Part shown: positions 35,973 to 45,734 of the stretch, in pieces
Layout of the letters: every line of letters begins with the position of its first letter
How positions within the stretch are numbered: position 1 is the stretch's first letter
Program-made: the position numbers and the translations under genes
Notes under the pieces: generated by a model
Database searches by the model: none
What the model was told of the DNA's origin: nothing
Seen by the model: the letters and a program-made list of their open reading frames with translations, nothing else
Source: a bacterium
Lineage (GTDB): Bacteria > Bacillota_I > Bacilli_A > RF39 > UBA660
NCBI GenBank assembly: GCA_019423565.1
Contig: JAHZBE010000002.1
Span: 83,692-147,691, forward strand
Direction of reading: 5' to 3'
DNA: 64,000 nt

Positions 35973-37307
35973 TTATTGTTTTTCTGCTATTTTAATTACT
36001 GTTTCAGTAACTTTAGGAGAATATATTACTCTCGAGTCATTTCCAGTAGCAGTAATTTTAACTTTTTGTTCTCCTACGCCTAAATTATCTAAGTCAACAT
36101 AAGCTTCAACATCAGTTGCAGATATATTTTTAATTATTGATTCAACACCTCTTAAAATTACAGTTACTTCTGTAGAACTTTCACTTGTTGCTTGTACTGT
36201 ATAATTTGAACCAAGATTTATATATCTTAATTTAACACCAGATAATTCTGTAGTTGCTTCATCATCAAGTTCAACTTTTGCTGTTACAACTTTTTCAGAT
36301 ATTTCTCTAATACCCGATGGTTTCTTTATTGTTACAGTATAATCTTTATTTGATTTTAAATTATTAACATCTATTTTTACCTTAATACTATTTGTATTAT
36401 CAAGTACTTTAGAGCTACCATAAATTGTAACTTTTTGAACAGTTGAAGTGATACTTTTTATAGCTTTACCGAATACAACATTTCCATCTGGAACTATTTC
36501 AAGTGGTACTGTTTTACTTGGAGATTCGATTTCGATAGTTGCATTTACCTTTGATGGAACCATTTCAACATCAACTTTAGCACCATTTTCATCATAAGCA
36601 ATTAAAGGAATATCTTTTAAAATATTTGTTCCTGCAGTAGGAGCTGCCATTTTACTGACATTAATAAGTGCTTTAATTTTTGACACCTTAGCAATATTCT
36701 CTTCAGTTCCCTTTATAATAACATCATCTGAATCCAATTTAGTGCTATTAATTGCAAGTTTAGAATCTAATTTATTTAAGTTAACTACATCTGATTCTAT
36801 ACTACGAGTTTCTGATTTTTTAGGACTTACAACAACTGTTACCTCTGATGGATCAAGTTTATATTCAACAGATGTTATTGATTGTTTATATTTTAAATTT
36901 ACTTTATGAACACCTGGTTTTAAATCACTTAAATCAACAGTTACATCTTGTGTTGGAAGCTGTTTAGCTAAATAAAGATTTGCTTTTGTACCAATTAATG
37001 TTATATCAACTTTTTTTGGTAATCCTTCTATAACGTACTCTTCATCATTATATGTCGCAGTAAGTGGTATATCATACAAAACCTCGGCATTTGTTTCAAG
37101 TAATGTAGTATTTTTATTATCTATAACTATAAATACAATTATCGCAAATACCAAAGATAAAATAATAATACTACTTTTTTTAGTTAATGCCCTTTCAAGT
37201 GGTTTGTCTGTCATTTTTATTTTATCACCAATTGAAACAAAAAACTTTGTTATAGGAACTATTATTTTTTTATCTATTAATCTAAAAAATCTCTTAATTA
37301 ATCTCAT
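35973..37307 (-). CDS. cdaR: CdaR (YbbR-domain) regulator of diadenylate cyclase
   Basis: 444 aa. N-terminal TM and repeated YbbR-like beta-rich modules. Overlaps the cdaA stop by 14 nt. Confidence 0.75.
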   Translation of the reverse strand: MRLIKRFFRLIDKKIIVPITKFFVSIGDKIKMTDKPLERALTKKSSIIILSLVFAIIVFIVIDNKNTTLLETNAEVLYDIPLTATYNDEEYVIEGLPKKVDITLIGTKANLYLAKQLPTQDVTVDLSDLKPGVHKVNLKYKQSITSVEYKLDPSEVTVVVSPKKSETRSIESDVVNLNKLDSKLAINSTKLDSDDVIIKGTEENIAKVSKIKALINVSKMAAPTAGTNILKDIPLIAYDENGAKVDVEMVPSKVNATIEIESPSKTVPLEIVPDGNVVFGKAIKSITSTVQKVTIYGSSKVLDNTNSIKVKIDVNNLKSNKDYTVTIKKPSGIREISEKVVTAKVELDDEATTELSGVKLRYINLGSNYTVQATSESSTEVTVILRGVESIIKNISATDVEAYVDLDNLGVGEQKVKITATGNDSRVIYSPKVTETVIKIAEKQ

Positions 37308-38118
37308 CTATGTCATCCTCCTCTTCACTTTCAACAACAAAAGAATCAGATTTTGGCATCAATTCATCTAATATCATAATTTTTAGTTCATCTACAGATA
37401 GGTTATAATTTAATTTCCCACCAACGGCTAATGAAACTCTACCTGTTTCCTCTGAAACTATTATTGCAAGGCAATCAGATTCCTCTGATATTCCTATAGC
37501 AGCTCTATGACGAGTACCTAATCTTTTACTAAATTTCATATCAACTGTCGTTGGAAATACTGCTCCAGCACAAGATATTTTATCACCTTGAATTATTACA
37601 CCACCATCATGAAGTGGATTATCTGGGAAAAATATTGCGTCTAACAATTCATTTGAAATTTCTGCGTATAATTTTTTACTTCTTTCTATATATTCAGACA
37701 ATGATGTATCTCTTTCAATAACAATTAATGCACCAATTCTATTTTTTCTTAAATAATCAATAGATAATCCAATTTCTGATACAATTTTTTCTCTTTCAGT
37801 CATTGATAAAATTTTATGTCTGCCAAGTAAATGTGTTTTACCAAGTTGTTCAAGAACATTTCTAATTTCTGGTTGAAATATTATTATTACCGCAATTGGT
37901 CCCCAAGAAATTATATATTCAAATAATAATCCAACGGTCGTTAAACCAAATACATCACTTACAACTTTTATTATAAATATAGCTAAAATTCCCTTAAATA
38001 AAAGTGAAAATTTAACATTTTTTCTAACGTTTTTTAAAATATAATAAAATATAATCCATACAAGGCAAATATCTATTACTTTTTTTAATATTGTTACAAA
38101 ATCTAAATTCATAAACAC
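37294..38118 (-). CDS. cdaA: Diadenylate cyclase CdaA
   Basis: 274 aa with three N-terminal TMs. DAC domain motifs HDGGVII and GTRHRAAIGISEESD. Confidence 0.9.
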   Translation of the reverse strand: MFMNLDFVTILKKVIDICLVWIIFYYILKNVRKNVKFSLLFKGILAIFIIKVVSDVFGLTTVGLLFEYIISWGPIAVIIIFQPEIRNVLEQLGKTHLLGRHKILSMTEREKIVSEIGLSIDYLRKNRIGALIVIERDTSLSEYIERSKKLYAEISNELLDAIFFPDNPLHDGGVIIQGDKISCAGAVFPTTVDMKFSKRLGTRHRAAIGISEESDCLAIIVSEETGRVSLAVGGKLNYNLSVDELKIMILDELMPKSDSFVVESEEEDDIDEIN

Positions 38119-38185
38119 CTCTTAATATATAGTTACTGCAAGAGAGATATTGCAATATATAACTATTATTTTTTATTTCTCTCAT

Positions 38186-38887
38186 TTATGACATTGCATT
38201 ATTTTTCTTATTCTTAATATATATAAATAAAATAAATAATCCAATAATTACTATCGTTGAAATTAAAATTATAATTCCATAATTTATATTGTATGTTTTT
38301 TTATTAATATTAACATTCAAACTATCCACTTTAGTTTGATTTTTATAGGAAAATTTTATAGTTTTATAAGTATCTGATTTTTTTATTTTCCATATATAAG
38401 TATTCTTATTAACTTCATCAGCATTAGAATCAATAACTTTAAATGGTATTTTTATATATACAGTTATATCATCATAAAGCAAATTATAATTACCACTGTT
38501 TGATAACAATTCACTTTGAGTAGCTTCAAAATAAACATTGTTACCATCTTTAGTTACATTCACATTTTTAAATACATCACTACGGAAATTAGATGCATAT
38601 TCATTTATATCACTATATGATGTAGTTACAGTAGAATATGTCGTATCATTTTTTTCTCTAGTTATTATGCTATAATTTATTCCTTCTAATTTATATATAT
38701 TATATAGATATGAAACAGCTTGATCACCTTTCATTCTAGTATATGCTTCCATTCTTTTTGTTTTTTCAGATGCAACTACTTTTTCACTTACAGTCATATC
38801 CTCGTTAAGTGTAAGATTATAATTAACACTACATCCGGAAATAATAAAAAGTATAAAAAGCAAAGCAATTTTTTTTATATTTTTCAT
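38186..38887 (-). CDS. Lipoprotein with C-terminal TM anchor, unknown function
   Basis: 233 aa. Lipobox IISGCS and a C-terminal hydrophobic helix (IIILISTIVIIGLFILFIYI). Confidence 0.55.
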   Translation of the reverse strand: MKNIKKIALLFILFIISGCSVNYNLTLNEDMTVSEKVVASEKTKRMEAYTRMKGDQAVSYLYNIYKLEGINYSIITREKNDTTYSTVTTSYSDINEYASNFRSDVFKNVNVTKDGNNVYFEATQSELLSNSGNYNLLYDDITVYIKIPFKVIDSNADEVNKNTYIWKIKKSDTYKTIKFSYKNQTKVDSLNVNINKKTYNINYGIIILISTIVIIGLFILFIYIKNKKNNAMS

Positions 38888-38941
38888 AGTTCACATCCAA
38901 TCCAACTAGAAAGTTACAAAATAAAAAGGCATAAATCCTTT

Positions 38942-39739
38942 TTAAAATATATTTGTATAATCATCTTCATCACTATTGTTGTTACTATTTATTGAATTAA
39001 GCCTCTTCATTATATTATCTAACTCATCTTCTGAAGAATATTTTGGTTCAATATCAACCTTTGTTTTTTCTACGTCTGTATTTATTTGAATATCTGGTTT
39101 ATTACCAAATATATTGTCATTTAAAATAGGAATATCTAAGTTCACTTTTGGTTTTTCTTTATCTACTTCTGATAAAATCTCAAGTAATGATTTTGAATTA
39201 CTATATGAATTATTCTTCATTATATCCAAATCTGGGTCACTGCTTAAATCTTCAGTTGTATTTACCAAATCAATATTACCAATATTAGAATCAATTAAGC
39301 CGTTGTCATTCACATCGTCCTTTTTAACATCAAATTCTTTTAAAACATCATCAAGGTGAGGATCAGTAATATTTTGAGACATATCTAAATCTAAACTACC
39401 TTCTAGTTCATTAGGAATAACTTCTTCTTTATTATCATCAACATTCAAATTTTGTGGTTTATTAATAACTAAATCTTCATTTTGAACTTGATTATTAGAT
39501 ATTTCATCATTTTCTAAAGTAACATTTTCTTCATTTGTATTATTTTGTATAATTTCACTCTCTGGTTGACTATCTTCTGTATCAATTTTGTCATTTTTTA
39601 TTACATTTTTTTTCTTTATGTTATTATCAATTAAGTATCCAATCAAAACAAATATCATAAAGACACAAATACAAATAAGCAAAACAGTATTTTCATTAAT
39701 AAATGACATTAAACTTTTTAAAATGCCGTTAACATCCAT
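38942..39739 (-). CDS. Membrane-anchored, highly acidic D/E/N-rich protein
   Basis: 265 aa. One N-terminal TM, then low-complexity acidic sequence. Confidence 0.5.
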   Translation of the reverse strand: MDVNGILKSLMSFINENTVLLICICVFMIFVLIGYLIDNNIKKKNVIKNDKIDTEDSQPESEIIQNNTNEENVTLENDEISNNQVQNEDLVINKPQNLNVDDNKEEVIPNELEGSLDLDMSQNITDPHLDDVLKEFDVKKDDVNDNGLIDSNIGNIDLVNTTEDLSSDPDLDIMKNNSYSNSKSLLEILSEVDKEKPKVNLDIPILNDNIFGNKPDIQINTDVEKTKVDIEPKYSSEDELDNIMKRLNSINSNNNSDEDDYTNIF

Positions 39740-39822
39740 CTTTTTGCCTCCTTTTTATTCTAAATACATTTTAACATTAATAAATTAAATTGTAAATAAA
39801 AATCAAAAAAAAAGAGATTAAA

Positions 39823-40356
39823 CTAATAAGACATATACTCATCCATAAGTATAACCTTATTATTTTTTAAACTCTCTTTAACATTTATTATTCTTTGATT
39901 TGATGAGCCTCTAAATTTAAGTTTAAAATTTTTCTTATCTATTTCAAATTTACCATCTACTAAAACATCTATATATGATATTAATTCTTTTGTTTCTTCA
40001 TATTTATTACACATATCTTCTAATATATCAGTATCAAAGGTATAGCCTGAAAAACACCATATTGTTTTATTTGGTAATTCTTTTCTTATTCTTCTTAAAA
40101 GAGGTAATATCCCTTTTTGATTAACATATTCAAATGGTTCACCACCTAAAATAGTTATTCCTTCTATATAATCTGGTTTTAAAAGTTCAATTATTTTATC
40201 TTCTTCTTTTTGTGTATATTCATGTCCATATTTAAAGTCCCAAGCCTCTTCGTTAAAGCATCCTTTACATTTATGAGTACATCCACTTACAAATAAGGAT
40301 ACTCTAACGCCTGGTCCATTTGCAACATCAACTTTTTTTATATCTGCATAATACAT
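39823..40356 (-). CDS. nrdG: Anaerobic ribonucleotide reductase activating protein (radical SAM)
   Basis: 177 aa. CxxxCxxC cluster (GCTHKCKGCFN). Start overlaps the nrdD stop. Confidence 0.9.
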   Translation of the reverse strand: MYYADIKKVDVANGPGVRVSLFVSGCTHKCKGCFNEEAWDFKYGHEYTQKEEDKIIELLKPDYIEGITILGGEPFEYVNQKGILPLLRRIRKELPNKTIWCFSGYTFDTDILEDMCNKYEETKELISYIDVLVDGKFEIDKKNFKLKFRGSSNQRIINVKESLKNNKVILMDEYMSY

Positions 40357-42482
40357 TATAAGTGTGTTACCCTTGCCTTAATTTCTTTTGTTTTTCCAAC
40401 ATTCCAGAAATTTTCACCTAAATATCCGCATGTTCTTCTTGTAACATTCATCTTAGTTTTATCTTTGTTACCACAGTTAGGACATTCCCATTCGTTATCA
40501 TCATTTATAATTATTTCACCATCAAAACCACATACATGACAATAATCTGATTTAGTATTAAATTCTGCATATTGAATATTTTCATAAATAAATTTAATTA
40601 ATTCTCTTAATGCATCTAAGTTCTTTTCCATATTTGGAATTTCAACATATGAAATACATCCACCTGAAGATATTGGTTGGAATTGACTTTCAAATTTTAA
40701 TTTTTCAAAAGCATCAATTTTTTCTCTAACATCTACATGATATGAATTTGTATAGAATCCTTTATCTGTTACATCTTTAATACTACCAAATCTTTCTTTA
40801 TCTATTCTTGCGAATCTATAGCATAAACTTTCTGCTGGTGTTCCATAAAGAGCAAATCCAAGATGCGTTTCTTTTTTCCAAGTATCACATGCTTTTCTTA
40901 AATATTTCATTAATTTAACTGCGAATTTTTCTCCTTCTTCAGTAGTATGAGATACGCCTTTAACTAACATTGTTGTTTCATAAACACCAATATATCCAAG
41001 TGATAATGTTGAATATCCATCTTTTAGTAATTTATCTATTTTTTCGCCTTTTTCTAGTCTTGCAATTGCACCATATTGCCAGTGTACTGGTGAAATATCT
41101 GATGTAATTCCTAAAAGTGCATGGTGTCTACACATTAATGCTTCTTTACATAATTCTAGTCTTTCATCAAGTAATTTAAAGAATTTTTCTTCATCATGTC
41201 CTGATAAAATACCTATTTGTGGTAAGTTTATTGATACAACACCTTGATTAAATCTACCTTCCCATTTATAGTTTCCATTTTCATCTTTCCAAGGAGATAA
41301 GAAACTTCTGCATCCCATAGGGCTAAATACATTACCTTCATATATTTCTCTCATTTTCTTAGCTGAAATATAATCTGGATACATTCTTTTTGCAGAACAT
41401 TTACATGCAAGTTCTGTTAAATAATCATATTTACCACCTTTTAAGCAGTTGTTTTCATCAAGTACATAAACTAGTTTAGGAAATGCTGGTGTAACATAAA
41501 CACCTTTTTCATTCTTAATTCCTTCAAGTCTTTGATTTAATATTTCTTCAATAATCATTGCATTTTCTTCAATATATGGATCTTTTTCATCTAAACATAG
41601 GAATAATGTTACGAAAGGAGATTGTCCATTAGTAGTCATTAATGTATTTATTTGATATTGAATTGTTTGTACTCCTGATGCTAATTCATCTTTTAATCTA
41701 TCCATAGCAAGTTCTTCGATTTGTTCTTTACTTAATTCTTTACCATGTTTTTCAGTTATTTTCTTAATAAATTTTTCTTTACTTTTTCTTAAATATTTAC
41801 CTAAGTGTCTCATATCAACAGATTGTCCACCATATTGGTTAGATGCAACTGCTGCGATTATTTGAGTTGTAACAGTACAAGCAACCTGAAATGATTTAGG
41901 GCTTTCAATAAGTTTACCATTCATAACTGTACCATTATCAAGCATATCAGCAATATTTATTAAACAACAGTTAAATATTGGTTGAACAAAATAATCCATA
42001 TCATGGAAATGTAATACACCTTCTTCATGTGCTTTACTTATTTTTTCTGGAAGTAAAATTCTTCTAGTTAAATCTCTTGATACTTCACCAGCAATATAAT
42101 CTCTTTGTGTTGAAGCATACATTGTATTTTTATTTGAGTTTTCTTCAGCAAGTTCTTTGTTTTCATTTCTAATTAATCTTAAAATTGATTCATCAGTTGT
42201 ATTTGCTTTTCTAATTAAAGCTCTATTATATCTATAAACAATATATTCTTTTGCTAATGTAAATTTCTTATATTCCATTAATTTCTTTTCTATTTCGTCT
42301 TGTATATCTTCAACAAGCATTCTTTTCTTTTTTAAGTCTTCAATATGTTTTGTTATATTCTCTATTTGTTTTTCTGTTGCTCTTTCTTTAGGCTCTACTT
42401 CTTTATTAGCCTTTTCTATAGCTATTTTTATTTTAGCTCTATCATAATCAACAATTTTTCCATCTCTTTTAATTACTTTCAT
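40356..42482 (-). CDS. nrdD: Anaerobic ribonucleoside-triphosphate reductase
   Basis: 708 aa. N-terminal ATP-cone, C-terminal Zn-ribbon (CHVCGF...CPNCGN) and glycyl-radical tail (RRTCGYLG). Confidence 0.95.
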   Translation of the reverse strand: MKVIKRDGKIVDYDRAKIKIAIEKANKEVEPKERATEKQIENITKHIEDLKKKRMLVEDIQDEIEKKLMEYKKFTLAKEYIVYRYNRALIRKANTTDESILRLIRNENKELAEENSNKNTMYASTQRDYIAGEVSRDLTRRILLPEKISKAHEEGVLHFHDMDYFVQPIFNCCLINIADMLDNGTVMNGKLIESPKSFQVACTVTTQIIAAVASNQYGGQSVDMRHLGKYLRKSKEKFIKKITEKHGKELSKEQIEELAMDRLKDELASGVQTIQYQINTLMTTNGQSPFVTLFLCLDEKDPYIEENAMIIEEILNQRLEGIKNEKGVYVTPAFPKLVYVLDENNCLKGGKYDYLTELACKCSAKRMYPDYISAKKMREIYEGNVFSPMGCRSFLSPWKDENGNYKWEGRFNQGVVSINLPQIGILSGHDEEKFFKLLDERLELCKEALMCRHHALLGITSDISPVHWQYGAIARLEKGEKIDKLLKDGYSTLSLGYIGVYETTMLVKGVSHTTEEGEKFAVKLMKYLRKACDTWKKETHLGFALYGTPAESLCYRFARIDKERFGSIKDVTDKGFYTNSYHVDVREKIDAFEKLKFESQFQPISSGGCISYVEIPNMEKNLDALRELIKFIYENIQYAEFNTKSDYCHVCGFDGEIIINDDNEWECPNCGNKDKTKMNVTRRTCGYLGENFWNVGKTKEIKARVTHL

Positions 42483-42550
42483 ACTACTTATCTCCTAATC
42501 TGTCATTTATTTTTTACACCCTCATTATAACAAATTTTTTAAAAATATAG

Positions 42551-42566
42551 TGTTGCATTTGCAACA
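42551..42566. promoter_or_regulatory. 16-bp perfect palindrome TGTTGCATTTGCAACA shared by divergent nrdD and crp/fnr promoters
   Basis: On the minus strand, the extended -10 TGtTATAAT at 42524-42532 places the palindrome centre near -41.5 of a predicted nrdD TSS. On the plus strand, TTGCAT (42553-42558), 17 nt, TATAAT (42576-42581) places the regulator's own -35 inside the palindrome. Confidence 0.5.
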
Positions 42567-42629
42567 AAAATGAAATATAATTAAATTAATTATTTTGGTT
42601 TTTTTCTAAACCTTTGGGAGGCCTTATAA

Positions 42630-43262
42630 ATGAACGAAATAAGCATATTTAAAGGAATTGACGAACAAAATGTAAAGTCAATGCTTAAATGTTTTGAAGC
42701 AAAAACTATTGTATATAAAAAAGACACAACTGTAATTTCTAATCTCGCTAATACAAATATAATTGGTATTATTATTGATGGCACTGCTAACTTAGTTAAA
42801 AGCGATTATGATGGAAATAGAGTTATACTTGAAAAATTAGAAAAAGGTTCTATTTTTGGAGAAGTATTTACTTCATATTCTGATGAATTATCTGTTATTA
42901 CGACAAGTACTTGTACTGTTACTACATTTGATTATGATCATATTATTAAAAGATGTAAAAAATCTTGTCCATATCATAATGATGTTATTAACAATATGCT
43001 TCAATTGCTTGCTAAAAAAGTTGTAGTTATGAATAATAGAATTGATGTACTTACTAAAAAAACAATTAGAGAAAAATTACTTGAATATTTTAGAGCTGAA
43101 GAAAAGGAAAACTTATCAAAAGTTTTCTATCTAAAATTAAATTATACTGAACTTGCTGACTATCTTGGTGTTGATAGAAGCGCTCTTATGAGAGAACTTA
43201 AAAATTTAAAAAATGAAGGATTTATTGAAACTAAACAAAAAAGAATTAAATTAAATTTTTGA
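42630..43262 (+). CDS. Crp/Fnr-family transcriptional regulator
   Basis: 210 aa. N-terminal cNMP-binding-like beta-roll (GSIFGEVF), C-terminal HTH (YTELADYLGVDRSALMRELKNLKNEG). GGGAGG RBS. Confidence 0.8.
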   Translation: MNEISIFKGIDEQNVKSMLKCFEAKTIVYKKDTTVISNLANTNIIGIIIDGTANLVKSDYDGNRVILEKLEKGSIFGEVFTSYSDELSVITTSTCTVTTFDYDHIIKRCKKSCPYHNDVINNMLQLLAKKVVVMNNRIDVLTKKTIREKLLEYFRAEEKENLSKVFYLKLNYTELADYLGVDRSALMRELKNLKNEGFIETKQKRIKLNF

Positions 43263-43766
43263 TTTAAATGCATATGTACAAATTATATCTATAATAAATA
43301 AAATGCATAAAAAATAAGTTAACCATTTAGGAATTTTATTTACAATCTTATCCATCCATGGTTTAACTAAATATATTAAAATGATAGAACATATTCCCCA
43401 AATTAATGATATATCAAGTGCAACATATTTTCCAAAATGATATTTATGATTTGAATAATCCCAAAATACTCTATCAAAAGTAACTTCTAGTAGTATTCCA
43501 CCTGCATATTCTATAAATGTTAATGTTAAAACTATTATTATTAAGAATATTATTATTTCTAAGAATTTACTTAATTTTAATTTTTTAAATATACAGTTAG
43601 ATAAAAATAGTATTAAAATAGCTCCTAATCCATATACTGGTGTCCAATACCCATAAAGAAAACCACTTTCTAAGTTCCAATTAAATATTTTATACATAAT
43701 AGTTTCAAGTAAATGACCAAAAATACTAAAAATAAAAAAATAGTTTAAATAATACATAATATTCAC
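43251..43766 (-). CDS. Polytopic membrane protein (DUF1113 / putative ABC-transporter type IV family)
   Basis: 171 aa. N-terminal FFIFSIFGHLLETIMYKIF...GFLYGYWTPVYGLGA is typical of that family as I recall it. Confidence 0.5.
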   Translation of the reverse strand: MNIMYYLNYFFIFSIFGHLLETIMYKIFNWNLESGFLYGYWTPVYGLGAILILFLSNCIFKKLKLSKFLEIIIFLIIIVLTLTFIEYAGGILLEVTFDRVFWDYSNHKYHFGKYVALDISLIWGICSIILIYLVKPWMDKIVNKIPKWLTYFLCILFIIDIICTYAFKSKI

Positions 43767-43788
43767 CTAGTATTATTTTTTTCTATTT

Positions 43789-44970
43789 TTATTTTTTTAT
43801 TCGTCTTAAATTAATAAATAAAATAACTATTGTTACTATAAGTGTTAAAAGTACAAACTGTGCTTTATGCTCTTTTACAAAAAATTTAAAATCAAATTTT
43901 ATATCTTCTGGTGATGTTATATTTATTGTATCTAGTGTTTCATTATTATAATTTATATATAATGTTCCTATTTTAGCACCTTTTTTTGTACCTTTTTGTA
44001 TATTTTTTTTGCCTTTATATTCATATTTTAAATCATCTTTACTAACAGTTTTTTTCAAATATTCTTTTACACTTCTATCAGATTTTATATTATATTCTTT
44101 GCCATATTCACTTTTTAAGTTAACTAATATATCACCTTTATCTAGTATTTTTACATAATCATAATTATCAAAATAATATTCATATAAATTTTTCGTATCA
44201 ACTATATTTTCATTTTTTTCTTTATATGGTGCACCTATTGTTACTGAAATAAATTCTGTTGTACCATTATTTGCATACGTAGCAAGGCAAAGTCCAGCAT
44301 CATCTGTAAATCCTGTTTTAGCACCTTTTACATAATCCATATTAAATGTACTACTATCTGTTATTCTTTTAAGTGGTCCATTCATATTTTTATATGTTTT
44401 TGTTCCAAATACCTCTTTAAATTTTTTATTTTGTAATGCATACTTAACTAACTTCATAACATCCCTAGCTGTCGAATGATGATTATCTCCTTCAATTCCT
44501 ATTACATTTGAAAAGTGGGAATTATTCATACCTATTTCTTTCGCTTTTTGATTCATTAGTTTTACAAATTCTTTTTCTGAACCACTAATACTATAAGCTG
44601 CAATTTCTGTCGCATCCGCACCTGACTTTAATATTATTCCATAAAGTATTTCATCATATGTAAGAATATTTCCTACATTAAATCCAGCGACTGACAAATC
44701 ATATGTAACATCTTTTAACATATCGCTTGTTACAACTACCTTTTGATTAAAGTCTTTTATATTTTCAATCGCAACTAATGCGGTCATAATTTTTGTTAAA
44801 CTTGCTATATAAACTTCTTGATCTGCATTTTTTTCATAAAGTACTTTATCATCAGTCATGTTATATAAAACTGCACTTTTAGATTTTAATTCTATATCAT
44901 CCGCATATACATTTAAGTTAAAAATAAAAAAGGACATAATAAAAATTATAACACTTAATATTTTTTTCAT
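43789..44970 (-). CDS. dacB: D-alanyl-D-alanine carboxypeptidase (S11 PBP)
   Basis: 393 aa. Signal peptide, SxxK (ASLTKIM), SGAD-type and KTG (GAKTGFT) motifs, C-terminal TM anchor. Confidence 0.8.
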   Translation of the reverse strand: MKKILSVIIFIMSFFIFNLNVYADDIELKSKSAVLYNMTDDKVLYEKNADQEVYIASLTKIMTALVAIENIKDFNQKVVVTSDMLKDVTYDLSVAGFNVGNILTYDEILYGIILKSGADATEIAAYSISGSEKEFVKLMNQKAKEIGMNNSHFSNVIGIEGDNHHSTARDVMKLVKYALQNKKFKEVFGTKTYKNMNGPLKRITDSSTFNMDYVKGAKTGFTDDAGLCLATYANNGTTEFISVTIGAPYKEKNENIVDTKNLYEYYFDNYDYVKILDKGDILVNLKSEYGKEYNIKSDRSVKEYLKKTVSKDDLKYEYKGKKNIQKGTKKGAKIGTLYINYNNETLDTINITSPEDIKFDFKFFVKEHKAQFVLLTLIVTIVILFINLRRIKK

Positions 44971-45053
44971 ACTTTTCTCCTAAAATAATTATATACCAAA
45001 ACAGAATAAAATATCAATATTTGTTAACAATATATATGAAGGAGGAATAAAAA

Positions 45054-45266
45054 ATGCAAAATGTACCTAATATAATATCAACTAAAGATTTATCATATAT
45101 TTGTGATATGTTTAATTGGAATTTTACTACTGCTAAAAAAGCATTGCACTATAGTAATAATGTTACTGATAATGAAATAAAGGAAGAATTGTTAAATATA
45201 TTTGATATGCATAAACAAATTTGTAATGGCTTATTAAATATATTAAATGGAGGAGAAAATGAATAA
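45054..45266 (+). CDS. Small hypothetical protein co-transcribed with the CotF-like gene
   Basis: 70-aa ORF with a GGAGG RBS upstream. Overlaps the next gene. Confidence 0.45.
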   Translation: MQNVPNIISTKDLSYICDMFNWNFTTAKKALHYSNNVTDNEIKEELLNIFDMHKQICNGLLNILNGGENE

Positions 45267-45570
45267 TAAAATACAAAATTCAAAAATAGAACTTGATAGT
45301 TCTATAGAAATGAATGACGAAAATTATTTAAATGATATTCTTGAAACAGAGAAAAATATGAGTGTTAATTTTACATATGCTTTAAATGAAGCAAGTAATG
45401 AAACATTATTTAATGAAATATATGAAATGTTTAAACAAATTAAGGCATCTCAAAGAAACCTTTTTGAACTTAGTTTTAGAAAGGGATTTTACACACTTGA
45501 AAAAGCTGAAACAAATAAAATTAATGAAGAATATAATACACTTTTAAATAAATTTAATGAAATTGAATAA
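45259..45570 (+). CDS. Coat F domain spore coat protein-like
   Basis: DENYLNDILETEKNMSVNFTYALNEASNETLFNE...FRKGFYTLEKA resembles the Coat_F family. I prefer the ATG at 45259 (RBS GGAGGAG 4 nt upstream) over 45247. Confidence 0.55.
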   Translation: MNNKIQNSKIELDSSIEMNDENYLNDILETEKNMSVNFTYALNEASNETLFNEIYEMFKQIKASQRNLFELSFRKGFYTLEKAETNKINEEYNTLLNKFNEIE

Positions 45571-45571
45571 A

Positions 45572-45596
45572 AGGATCACCAAAGATTCTTTTTTTG
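45572..45596 (+). terminator. Rho-independent terminator of the CotF-like operon
   Basis: Stem AGGATC/GATTCT (one G-U pair) followed by a 7-T run, right after the stop at 45570. Confidence 0.55.
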
Positions 45597-45734
45597 AATT
45601 TATCATAATAATTATATAATACATATTTTAGGCAGAAAAATAGGGCTCCACCGTTAGATAGTGCCCTTGCAAAAACGATTTAACGTTTTTTTCTTGCATA
45701 AACAATATACCACAAAATGTATATTTATGTCAAA

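Noticed and set aside
42541-42556. A possible NrdR box upstream of nrdD (TATAGTGT matches the right half of the NrdR consensus as I recall it).
   Set aside because: The left half does not match, and no second tandem box is present. The Crp/Fnr-type palindrome nearby is the better-supported site.
42590-42784. 64-aa minus-strand ORF overlapping the crp/fnr gene start.
   Set aside because: It is antisense to a well-supported regulator gene and runs through that gene's RBS. No supporting signals.
45631-45670. A locally GC-richer patch (GGCAGAAAAATAGGGCTCCACCGTTAGATAGTGCCCTTGC), considered as a tRNA 3' fragment/att site or small RNA.
   Set aside because: It has no T-arm or acceptor features of a tRNA and no matching repeat elsewhere in the window. 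The simplest explanation is that it is part of the hairpin-rich bidirectional terminator region between convergent genes.
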